A stretch of DNA of 64,000 bases, taken from NCBI RefSeq assembly GCF_964213995.1, contig NC_135823.1:248001-312000 (forward strand), written 5' to 3'. This stretch comes from Mustelus asterias. Taxonomy: Eukaryota. Below the pieces are notes generated by a model. It was given only the letters and a program-made list of their open reading frames with translations, was not told where the DNA came from and searched no databases. Of this stretch, positions 26,001 through 37,730 are shown piece by piece (the first letter of the stretch is position 1; every line of letters begins with the position of its first letter). The position numbers were made by a program, and so were the translations under genes.

Positions 26001-26235
26001 GACTCTTGTGTCTGTGTGTGAGCTTGCATGCATATATGAGTACCTGTGCGTGCGCATGGTAACAAGTGTCACATCACCAGGTTAAAGTCCAACAGGTTTA
26101 TTTGGAATCACGAGCTTGCGGAGCGCTGCTCCTTCATCAGGTGAGGTGGACTTGTTGGACTCTAACCTGCTGTTGTGAGATTTCTTATTGTGCCCACCCC
26201 AGTCCAATGCCAGCATTTCGACATCATGCCTACCT

Positions 26236-26605
26236 ATGTGTGTGTACTTGTGTGTATTAGAGCACGTGAGTGAGCCAGTGTGTGTCTGTGCATGTGTGTG
26301 TGTGTCCGTATGTGTTTGTGCGTGTGTCTTTGCCCGTTCGTGTCTGTGTAGATATGTGCATGTCTGTATGTGGCTGTGTATGTGTCTGTGTTTATGAACT
26401 GGTGTTTCTGTGTGTGTGAGTGTGATTGAGTCTGTGTTTCTGTGTGCGTGTGTCTGTGTATGTATTTAAGTCTGTGTGTATGACTGTGTGTTTCTGGTCT
26501 TTTGTGTCTGTGAATGCGCCGTTATTTCTGTGTATGTTTGTTTGTGCATGTGTTTATGTGCAGATGCCGGCATGCCTGTGTGTGAGTGTGAGTGTGGGTG
26601 TGTGT
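26236..26605 (+). repeat. Degenerate (TG)n microsatellite
   Basis: Direct inspection. Confidence 0.9.
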
Positions 26606-26734
26606 TCTCCTGCGAGGTGTGATTGATAATATTGTGCAGAAACATATTTCACCCTGTTTTCCCCAGATATTGGTAATTCCAACACTTAATTCAGGTGTCA
26701 TGTACCCCCGGTGTGTTTATTGTGAACTGTGGTT

Positions 26735-27410
26735 TAGAATCATAGAATCCATACAGTGCAGAAAGAGGCCATTCGGCCTATCGAGTTTGCACCGATCACA
26801 ATCCCACAGAGGCACTATCCCCATAACCCCACTTATTTACTCGGCTAACCCCCCTGACACTGAGGGAGAATTTAGCATGGCCAATCAACCTAACCACACG
26901 TCTTTGCACTGTGGGAGGAAACCGGAGCACCCGAAGGAAACCCACGCAGACACAGAGAGATCATGCAAACTCCACACAGATAGTGACCCAAGCCAGGAAT
27001 CGAACCTGGGCCCCTGGCGCTGTGAGGCAGCAGTGCTAACCACTGTGCCGTTTCATCAGTCATTTGGGGCGGCACGGTAGCACAGTGGTTAGCACTGCTG
27101 CTTCACAGCTCCAGGGACCTGGGTTCGATTCCCGGCTTGGGTCACTGTCTGTGTGGAGTTTGCGCATTCTCCTCATGTGTGTGTGGGTTTCCTCCGGGTG
27201 CTCCGGTTTCCTCTCACAGTCCAACGATGTGCGGGTTAGGTTGATTGGCTATGCTAAAATTGCCCCTTAGTGTCCTGGGATGCGTAGATTAGAGGGACTG
27301 ACGGGTAAAATATGCAGGGATATGGGGGTAGGGCCTGGGTGGGATTATGGTCGGTGCAGACTCGATGGGCCGAATGGCCTCTTTCTGTACTGTAGGGTTT
27401 CTATGAATTC
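26735..27410. mobile_element. Head-to-head pair of HE1-like SINEs (26735-27050 minus; 27067-27410 plus)
   Basis: Two near-complete copies with A/B boxes (ggcacggtagcacagtgg; gggttcgattccc), heads about 15 nt apart. Confidence 0.9.
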
Positions 27411-27729
27411 TGAAAGGGAAGCTTTCCCTGACAATTCTGTGAAAGATTTTATTGAAGGTTCTTACTGGCAGGGTAAATAGTGGGCGGGAGTGGAGGCAGT
27501 GTATTTTGCGTCCAACTCAGCCCCTCTCTCTGCATCATTGTAACCTGATCAAGCAGCACACAATGGAGATCTTCACTTCTGGTCCAGCAGATTTCATTTT
27601 GACACCTTTCCAGCTTTCATTCAAAGGGGAATGAAAACTGGAATGGTGTCAAAATGAAATCTATGCAATAGAAAGTTTTAATTTCATAGTTATTTCTAGG
27701 ACAAATAATTGCCTGGAAAACATTAAGTT

Positions 27730-29980
27730 ATAGAGTCATAGAGGTTTACAGCATGGAAACAGGCCCTTCGGCCCAACTTGTCCATGCCGCCCTTTTTTCA
27801 AAAACCCCTAAGCGAGTTCCAATTGCCCGCATTTGGCCCATATCCCTGTCTACCCATCATACACATGTAACTATCTAAATGCTTTTTAAAAGACAAAATT
27901 TTACCCGCCTCTACTACTACCTCTGGCAGCTTGTTCCAGACACTCACCGCTCTCTGTGTGAAAAAATTGCCCCTCTGGACACTTTTGTATCTCTCCCCTC
28001 TCACCTTAAACCCATGCCCTCTAGTTTTAGAATCCCCTACCTTTGGAAAAGATATTGACTATCTAGCTGATCTGTGCACCTCATCATTTTATAGACCTCT
28101 ATAAGTTCAACCCTCAGCCTCCTACGCTTCAGAGAAAAATGTCCCAGTCTATCCAGCCTCTCCTCATAACTCAATCCATCAAGTCCCGGTCGCATCCTAG
28201 TAAATCTTTTCTGCACTCTTTCTAGTTTAATAATATCCTTTCTATAATAGGGTGACCAGAATTTCATACAGCATTCCAAGTGTGGCCTTACCAATGTCTT
28301 GTACAATTTCAACAAGACTTTCCAACTCCGGTATTCAATGTTCTGACCGATGAAACCAAGCATGCCAAATGCCTTCTTCACCACTCTGTCCACCTGTGAC
28401 TCCACTTTCAAGGAGCTATGAACATGTACCCCTCGATCTCTTTGTTCTGTAACTCTCCGCAACGCCCTACCATTTACTGAATAAGTCCTGCTCTGGTTCA
28501 ATCTACCAAACTGCATCACCACGCATTTGTCTAAATTAAGCTCCATCTGCCATTCGTCAGCCCACTGGCCAATTGACAAAAACCCGTTGCAATTGGAGAT
28601 AACTTTCTTCACTTTCCACTATGCCACCAATCTAGGTGTCATCTGCAAACTTACTAACCATGCCTCCTATATTCTCATCCAAATCATTAATATAAATGAC
28701 AAATAACAGTGGACCCAGCACTGATCCCTGAGGCACACCTCTGGTCACAGGCCTCCAGTTTGAAAAACAACGCTCTACAATCACACTCTGGCTTTTGTCC
28801 AGAAGCCAATTTTGTATCCATTTAGATACCTCACCCTGGATCCCGTGAGATTTAACCTTATGCAACAACCTACCATGCGGTACCTTGTCAAAGCCCTTGC
28901 TAAAGTCCATGTAGACAACATCAACTGCGCTGCCCTCATCTACCTTCTTGGTTACCCCTTCAAAAAACTCAATTAAATTTATGAGACATGATTTTCCACT
29001 CACAAAGCCATGCTGACTGTTTCTCATCAGTCCTTGCATCTCTGAATGCCTGTAGATCCTGTCTCTCAAAATACCTTCCAACAACTTACCTACCACAGAT
29101 GTGAGGCTCACTGGCCTGTAGTTCCCAGGCTTTTCCCTGCAGCCCTTTTTAAACAAAGGCACAACATTTGCCACTCTCCAATCTTCAGGCACCTCACCCG
29201 TGACTATCGATGATTTAAATATCTCGGCTAGGGGACCCGCAATTTCCTCCCTTGCCTCCCACAATGTCCTGGGATACACTTCATCAGGTCCTGGGGATTT
29301 CTCTACCTAGATGCGCTTTAAGACTTCCAGCACCTCCTTCTCTGTAATATGTACACTCCTCAAGACATCACTATTTATTTCCCCAAGTTCCCTAAAATCC
29401 ATGCTTTTCTCAACAGTAAATACTGATGAGAAATATTCATTTAGGATCTCACCCATCTCTTGTGGATCCGCACATAGATGACCTTGTTGATCCTTAAGAG
29501 GCCCGACTCTCTCCCTTGTTACTCTTTTGCCCTTTATGTATTTGTAGAAGCTCTTTGGATTCGCCTTTGCCTTATCTGCCAAAACAATCTCGTGTCCCTT
29601 TCTGCCCCCCTGATTTCTCTCTTAACTCTACTCCGACACCCCCTACACTCTTCAAGGGATTCACTTGATCCCAGCTGCCTATGCATGTCATGCGCCTCTT
29701 TCTTCTTCTTGACCAGGGCTTCAATATCCCAAGTCATCCAGGGTTCCCTACTTCTGCCAGCCTTGCCCTTCACGCTAACCCTGAACCCTGGTTAACACAC
29801 TTTTGAAAGCCTGCTACTTACCAGACGATCCTTTGCCTTCCCACAATCTCCCCCAATTAACTTTTGAACGTTCCTGCCTGATCCCATCAAAATTGGCCTT
29901 GCCCCAATTTAGAATTTTAACTTTTGGGCTGGACCTATCATTCTCCATATCTATCTTAAAACTAATAGAATTATGGTCAT
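27730..29980 (-). mobile_element. 5'-truncated CR1-like LINE with stops and frameshifts
   Basis: ORFs 29534-29773, 29307-29582, 28632-29279, 28037-28612 and 27798-28004 are consecutive parts of one CR1 ORF2. Confidence 0.93.
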
Positions 29981-30034
29981 TTAAAGTTTATTTATTTATT
30001 AGTCTATTTATCTATTAGGCTTACGTTCACACTG

Positions 30035-30960
30035 TGTTATAGAATCATAGAATCCTACAGTGCAGAAAGAGGCCATTCGGCCCATCGAATCTGCACCAAC
30101 CACAATCCCACCCAGGCCATATCCACATGTCCCTACATATTTACCCACTAACCCCTCTAACCTATGTATCACGGGACACTAAGGGGCAATTTAGAATGGC
30201 CAATCAACCGAGCCCGCACATCTTTGGACTGTGGGAGGAAACCGGAGCACCCGGAGGAAACCCACGTAGACACAGGGAGAATGTGCAAACTCCACACAGA
30301 CAGCGACCCGTGCCGGGAATCGAACCCAGGTCCCTGGAGCTGAGACACAGCAGTGCTAACCACTGTATTGACGTCACTGTGAAAATCCTCTAGTCGCCAC
30401 ACTCCTGCGTCTGTTCCGGTAAACTAAAGGAGAATTTTAGCATGGCCAATGCAACTAAGCTGCACATCTTTGGACTGTGGGAGGAAACCGGAACACCCAG
30501 AAGAAAACCATGCAGACACGGGGAGAATGTGCAAGCTCCACACAGACAGTGACCCGAGGCAGAATCGAACCTGAGTTCCTTGCGCTGTGAGGCAGCAGTG
30601 CTAACCACTATGCCACCGTGCTGTTCCCAATTATGAAGCAATTATCATGGAAACATTAAAAAAAATAATTAAAAATCAAGCAAAAAATCGACTGTGTAGG
30701 ATTAAACATTGAGAATGTCTGGAGTGACATGGTAGTGCAGTGGTTAGCACTGCTGCTTCACGGCGCCGGGGACCTGGGTTCGATTCCTGCCTTGGGTCAC
30801 TGTCTGCATGGAGTCTGCACATTCTCCCCGTGTCTGCATGGTTTTCTTCTGGGTGTTCTGGTTTCCTCCCACAGTCCAAAGATGTGCAGGTTAGGTGCAT
30901 AGACCCGGACTGTGGCGATTAGGGAAATTTCACAGTAACTTCACTGCAGTGTTATTGTCA
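30035..30960. mobile_element. Cluster of three HE1-like SINEs (two minus, one plus)
   Basis: Conserved SINE body and tRNA boxes at about 30035-30366, 30370-30625 and 30725-30960. Confidence 0.85.
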
Positions 30961-30964
30961 GCCT

Positions 30965-31185
30965 CACACCACCAGGGTAAAGTCCATCATGAGGTTTCGG
31001 AGCGCTGCTCCTTCATCAGGTGAATGGAGAGGTAGGTTCACAAACAGGGCATATATAGGCAAATACGCAATTGTAGGTTTGTGAACCTATCTCTCCACTC
31101 ACCAGATGAAGGAGCAGCACTCCGAAAGCTCGCGATTCCAAATAAACTTGTTGGACTTTAACCTGGTGTTGTGAGACTTCTTACT
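30965..31185. mobile_element. Palindromic Penelope-terminus element with two hammerhead-like motifs
   Basis: Arms 30969-31045 and 31077-31168 are imperfect reverse complements. Each carries c(t/a)gatgaaggagcagc(g/a)ctccgaaa. Confidence 0.7.
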
Positions 31186-31519
31186 ATAATCAACAATCTC
31201 AAACTGCAGGTAAAATCTCCAATGGGGAATGAGCAACAGAGTTCACGTTCAGTGTCTGGTGATAAAAGGGCGAATGCGCCACCCGAGATCCTGATGGAAA
31301 CGTCAATCCCTTTTGCAATATTATTCAATAATCACCTTCCATCCATCGGTTCCCAGACGGGGTCATCGGGCTCGTTAGCAGCGCATGCAGCAGCCGTCCG
31401 CTGCTACCAGATGGCGGCATTGCACAACTTTATTCACAAGACTGTGATCAGAGCGGCTTTGACAACTTTCAAACTTATTCCTTCACACAGAGAAAACAGG
31501 GGAAGCTCTCACAAAATCT

Positions 31520-31925
31520 CAGACACACATACACGCACACACAGACACACACAGACACATATACACAGGCAAGCACACACATACACCCAGCCACGACACA
31601 GCCAGAATCTCTCTCTCTCTCACACGCATTCTCTCTCTCTCATCTCCACACAGCCAGAAACTCTCTCTCTCAAACGCACAAACGCTCTTTCTTTCTCTCG
31701 CTCTCTCTCACACACACAGATCCAGAATCGCTCTCTCTCTCACACACACAAAATCTCTCTCAAACACACAAACATCTTCCTCTCGCATACAGACACACAC
31801 AGCCAGAAGCTCTCCCCCGCCCCTCCCCCCCACACTGACACACAACCAGAATCTCTCTCTCTCTCTCGCTCACGCACACACTTTCTCCCTCTCACACATC
31901 CACTATTCACACATCCACCATTCAC
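31520..31925 (+). repeat. CA/CT compound microsatellite
   Basis: Direct inspection; it accounts for the His/Thr-rich part of ORF 31171-32514. Confidence 0.9.
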
Positions 31926-31929
31926 ACAT

Positions 31930-33165
31930 CACCTGGATCCACTACAGTTCGCCTATCGCCGCAACAGCTCCACAGCAGATGCCATCTCCCCGGCCCTGTT
32001 CTCAACCCTGGAAAAGCTGGATAACAAAGCCACCTCTGTCAGGCTCCTATTAACCGACTACAGCTCAGCCTTCATCGCCATTATTCCGACTAAACTCATC
32101 TCCAAACTCCATGTCCTGGGCCGCGGCTCCTCCCTCTGCAATTGGATCCTGAACTTCGTAACCCTCAGACCGAAATCAGTAACGATAGGCAACAACACCT
32201 CCTCCACGATCATCCTCAACACCAGTGACCCACAAAGCTCTGTCCTCAACCCCTTACTATACTCCTTATACACCTATGACTGTGTGGCCAAATTCCCCTC
32301 CAACTCGATTTTCAAGGTTGCTGATGACACAAGCGTCGTGGGTCGGATTTCAAACAATGATGAGACGGAGAACGGGAATGAGAGAGAGAATCTGGTGAAC
32401 TGGTGCCGCAGCAATAATCTCTCCCTCAATGTCAACAAAACGAAGGAGATAGTCATCGACTTCAGGAAGCGCAGTGGAGGATGCGCCCTGTCTACATCAA
32501 TGGGGACAGAGTAGAAATGGTCAAGAATCATAGAGGTTTACAGCATGGAAACAGGCCCTTCCGCCCAACTTGTCCATGCTGCCCTTTTTTAAAAACCCCG
32601 AAGCTAGTCCCAACTGCCTGCATTTGGCCCACATCCCTCTATGCCCATTTTACCCATGAAACTGTCTGAACGCTTTTAAAAAGACAAAATTGTACCCGCC
32701 TCAACTCCTACCTCTGGCAGCTCGTTCCAGACACTCACCAACCTCTGTGCGAAAAATTGCCCCTCTGAACCCTTTTGTGTCTCTCCCCTCTCATCATAAA
32801 TATATGAGCTACAACCTTTTAGGTATCCCGATTCTGTCTACAATTCCCGCTGCCTCGGAAAAGCAGCCAGCATAATCAAGGACCCCACACACCTCGGACA
32901 TTCTCTCTTCCACCTTCTTCCACCTGGAAAAAAAGATACAAAAGTCTGAGGTCAGCTTCTACCCTGCTGCCGTCAGACTTTTGAATGGACCTACCTCGCA
33001 CTAATTTGATGTTTCTCTACACCCTAGCTATGACTGTAGCACTACATTGTGCACTCTCGCGTTTCCTTCTCTATGAACGGTCTGCTTCATCTGTATTGCG
33101 CGCAAGAAACAATACTTTTCCCTGTATCCCAATACAGGTGACAATAATCAAACAAATCAAATCAA
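31930..33165 (+). mobile_element. Rex1/Babar-like LINE (RT) interrupted by a CR1 3' fragment (~32525-32800, minus)
   Basis: [27 protein letters not shown] and [19 protein letters not shown] motifs; 3' tail at about 33140. Confidence 0.85.
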
Positions 33166-33398
33166 CACACAGACACACACACAGTCAGAATCTCTCTCTC
33201 ACACACAGACACGCCAGAATCTTTCACACTTTTTCTCTCTCTCTCACACACACATGCACACACACAAAAACCGTTACCAATCTACACTCTGCTGGATAAT
33301 ATCAGAATCACACACCCACACACACAGACGCACAGACAGCCAGAGTTTCTCTCTCCCTCTCTCTCACACACACAGATACAATCTATCTCTCTCTCTCA

Positions 33399-33435
<37 letters not shown>

Positions 33436-33689
33436 ACAGCTTTACCAATCTACCCTCTGCTGGATAATGTCAGAATTACACACCCACCACCACCCCCCAC
33501 CCCCACCCCCCCTCCGCCCCACCACACACACAGATAGCCAGAATTTCTCTCTCTCACACACACAGACATAACCTTTGTCATTCACTCGCACTCTCTCACA
33601 CATCCACGCGCGCGCACACTTTTATCAATCTACCCTTTGCTGGACAATGTCAGAATCACACACCCACGCAGACATAGACAGCCAGAATT

Positions 33690-33727
<38 letters not shown>

Positions 33728-33950
33728 GAACACACATACAAGCACACACACCTTTACCAATCTACCCTCTGCTGGGTAATGTCAGAGTTACACACACACA
33801 CACACACAGCCACACAGCCAGAATTTCTCTATCTCTCTCTGTCGCACACACACACACACCTTCATCACTCTTCCCATTCCTGGAAAATGCCAGAAACAGA
33901 CATATACACATTTACAGATCCATACTCTCTGCTGGGTACTCTCAGAATTT
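33165..33950 (+). repeat. Complex minisatellite: unique core accaatctaccctctgctggataatgtcagaat embedded in CA/CT repeats
   Basis: Core recurs near 33275, 33443, 33622 and 33755, with degenerate copies near 33865 and 33915. Confidence 0.85.
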
Positions 33951-34629
33951 TATTGGACACGATATTACCGGAAACAACTTGGCTTAAGATTGTTTAGTTG
34001 TTTGTTCAGTGTATCACAGGCGGTACATTGAATGTAAGATTTCCATCTCCGCTAGCAGTGGTTCCATTCTTATAGAATCCATTTCTGATCCGCCTCTCTC
34101 TTCTTTGCGGCGTTTTCAATACAGCAACATTCACTCCTCGGTAAAGAGTCCGGTGCTGCAACCCCGCCCTAAACCTGTAAGACATTTTATCTGAGGGAAA
34201 TATACAGATATGCAAATTAGATTCGTATCAATTTATTTATTCTGCATCAAACACGAATCTGGTTTCACTGGGGATATGTATTAATTAAGAAAATAATTAA
34301 AGTAGAAGTAAATAAGATTATTTTTCAAATCAAAATATCCAGTCAGAAAACGAGACTATTTGGCTGTTAGACAGGACCAATCAATACAAGTCGACAGTTC
34401 TTCTGTATACCTGCCAGTCTCTGACGTCCCATGTTGAAGGGGAACTGTTCACAATTTCTCACTCAGTTCATGACTTCAAAAAAATGGAAACCGGTTTTCT
34501 GGTTCCCCTAGCGGTGAGAGAAGAACTTGTTCTGTATGGGACATTACTGAAACAAAAACTTCTTGCGGGTGAGAAGGGTCAAGATCCCTTCTTATTGTTT
34601 TGAATAACAGCGTCTCCTAATGGCGCGCC

Positions 34630-34945
34630 CACACACACATACACACACTCATACACTTACAGACTCACATGCACATTCATGCACACACATACTCATACAT
34701 TTAACCATACACACGCTCTCATACACTGACACGCACTTACAAGCACACACTCACATTCATACACTTACAGACTCACATACACACTCACACACACATACTC
34801 ATATAATTAAAAATTCCCACACTCATACACTGACACACACACACACACACACACACATACACTCATACTCACACACTTTCACATACACACACGCTCATAC
34901 ACTGACACACACTTATACACATTTGCACACACACTCATACACATG
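34630..34945 (+). repeat. Degenerate (CA)n microsatellite
   Basis: Direct inspection. Confidence 0.9.
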
Positions 34946-34954
34946 GTCTCGTCA

Positions 34955-37150
34955 ATGTACCATGCCTTGGGGTATCCTGTCCTGCAGGTAGACAATGGTG
35001 GCCGAGACGCAAGAGTATGTACTGTGTACCTGGTGGCTGGTACTCTCACGTGAGATGATGACATCCATGTTGATGATCCGGCACATCTTGCACAGTTTGC
35101 TGTGGAAATACTCACTGTATGGTGTCGTGGTCACTGTTATCCTGAAGGCTGGCTAGTTTGCTGCGAAAAATGGTCTGTTTGAGGTCGCGCGGTTGTTTGA
35201 AGACAAGAAGTGGGGGTGTGGGGATGGACTTGGCGAGATGTTCGTCTTCATCAATGACGTGTTGAAGGCTCCGGAGAAGATGTCGTAGTTTCTCCGCTCC
35301 GGGGAAGTACTGGACGATGAAGGGTACTCTGTCCACCGTCTCCCATGTTTGCCTTCTGAGGAGGTCAGTGCGTTTTTTTGCTGTGGCGCGTCAGAACTGT
35401 CGATGGATGAGTCGAGCGACATATCCTGTTCTTACAATGGCGTCTTGCAGCAACTGTAGGTTTCTGTTGTGTTCCTCCCCATCTGAGCAGATCCTCTGTA
35501 TACGTTGGGCTTGTCCATACGACAACATTCCCCATGACGAAGGCATTGCTGCAACTGCCTCAGTACTTAACGCCGACAACTGCCAATTTTCAGACGCAAT
35601 TCTACAACTCATCTGCTTCATCCTGGACCACAACGTCTTCATCTTCAACAACCAGTTCTTCATTCAAACACATGGGACAGCCATGGGGACCAAATTCGCA
35701 CCTCAGTATGCCAACGTTTTCATGCACAAGTTCGAACAAGATCTCTTCACCACACAGGACCTTCAATAGATGCTATACACTAGATACATCGATGACATTT
35801 TCTTCCTTTGGACTCACAGCGAAACATCAGTGACACAACTACATGTTGACATCAACAAGTTCCCTCCCACCATTAGACTCACCATGGAGTACTCTCCGGA
35901 ATCGGTTGCATTCTTGGACACACGCATCTCCATCATGGCCTGTCACCTCAGCACCTCACTGTACCGCAAGCCCACAGATAACCTCACGATGCTCCACTTC
36001 TCCAGCTTCCACTCTAAACACGTTAAAGAAGCCACCCCCAACGGACAAGTCCTCGGTATACACAGGATCTGCTCAGATAAGGTGGAACACAATAGAAACC
36101 TACAGACGCTGAAAGATGCAAGCGGAAGAACAGGATATGGTACAGGACTCATCAGTCGACAGTTCCGATGCGCCACAGCGGAAAACCACACCGACCTCCT
36201 CAGAACACACACACGGAACACGGTGGACAGAGTACCCTTCGGTGTCCAGTACTTTCCCAGAGCGGAGAAGCTACGACATCTTCTCCGGAGCCTTCAACAT
36301 GTCATTGATGAAGACGAAAATCACGCCAAGGCGATCGCCTCACCTCCACTTGCCTTCAAACAACCGCGCAACCTCAAACAGACCATTGTTCATAGCAAAC
36401 TACCCAGCATTCAGGAGAACAGCAACAACAACACAACACAGTCCCGCCACAGCAACCTTGCAAGACGTGATGGATCATCAACACGGGTGTCATCATCTCG
36501 CGTGAGAACATCATCCACCAGGTACACGGTACATACTCTTGCGACTCGGCCAACGTAATCTACATGATACGCTGCGGAAAAGGATGTCCCGAGGCATGGT
36601 ACATTGGGGAGACCATGCAGACGCTACGCCAATGGATGAATGGACACCACTCGATAATCACCAAGCAGGGGTGTTCTCTTCCTGTCGGAGAACACTTCAG
36701 CAGTCAAGGGCATTCACCCTCCGATCTTTGGGTAAGCATTCTCCAAGGCGGCCTTCAAGACATACGACAACGCAGAATCGCCGAGCAGAAACTGATAGCC
36801 AAGTTCCGCACATATGAAGGCGGCCTCAACCGGGATCTTGTGTTCATGGCACACTACCTGTAACCCCCAGGACTTGCCTGGGCTTGCAAATTCTCACTAA
36901 CAGTCCTGGCTTGAGACAATTCACACCTCTTTAACCCCTCTCTCCACTCACATTGTCTGCACCTGTAAAGACTTGATTATCTGTAAAGACTCGCATTCCA
37001 ACTATTATCTTGTAAATTGAGTCTGTGCCTCTATGCCCTGTTTGTGAACCCAATCCTCCACTCACCTTATGAAGGGGCAGTGCTCTGAAAGCTCGTGCTA
37101 CCAAATAAACCTGTTGGACTTTAACCTGGTGTTGTGAGACTTCTTACTAC
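34955..37150 (+). mobile_element. Penelope-like retroelement (RT plus GIY-YIG endonuclease) with an inverted 5' segment
   Basis: GTAMGTKFAPQYANVFM, RYIDDIFFLW, FLD, LYRKPT and YIGET.QTLRQ.MNGH motifs. 34955-35510 is an inverted copy of about 36040-36620. Terminus ccaaataaacctgttggactttaacctggtg. Contains stops and frameshifts. Confidence 0.9.
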
Positions 37151-37730
37151 ACTTGATGTGATGAGTACTTTGAAAAGTCTTTATTATTTCTCTTTTTACA
37201 ACATAACCTAAGTAGAAAACTTGAATGTGATTACTCTTTCTGTAATAACCAATTTGAAATATCTCAAAATTTCCTTTGCATTGCGTTGAAGCAACTCAGT
37301 ATACTGCATGATTTGTGAAGAGATCCTGAATGTTTCATTACTTCCTGTGGTGGCCATTTTGTCATATTTTTCATGATCTTTGAGATATTTTATGAATACG
37401 AAATTGGAAAAAATATTTTTTCCTTGGTGTGTTTTGATTTTTAATCTTTTGACTTGAAGCCGAGGTTTGATCCATAGTATAGGAATTGTGTGTTTTGGAG
37501 GAAGAACTGACCTCAGAGCTACTGTTCAATCCTAGTTCCTGATGGAGGGATTCCCTGCCCACATCTGTGTCCTTTGTAGGTATACTGCTAACATCTGTCG
37601 CAATGTCAGCCATATTATGATTGTAGCATGTGTTATGGTTCGGGTTAGAAACGCCAAAGTCTTTTATGAAGCCCACCTGAATGATAAGTTTTGCATTTTG
37701 AATTTGGTTCGGATAGGCGTGAGATGTTTC

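Noticed and set aside
27081-27087. CACAGTG heptamers scattered through the window
   Set aside because: They are part of the SINE tRNA A-box region (gcacagtggttagc) and lack nonamers.
27067-27140. tRNA genes
   Set aside because: tRNA-like heads continue into SINE bodies and LINE-like tails, so they are SINEs.
31171-32514. 447-aa ORF as a novel gene
   Set aside because: Chance fusion of unique DNA, CA/CT microsatellite and Rex1-like RT.
34552-34560. RSS nonamer-like acaaaaact
   Set aside because: No CACAGTG-like heptamer 12 or 23 nt away and no adjacent V or J coding sequence.
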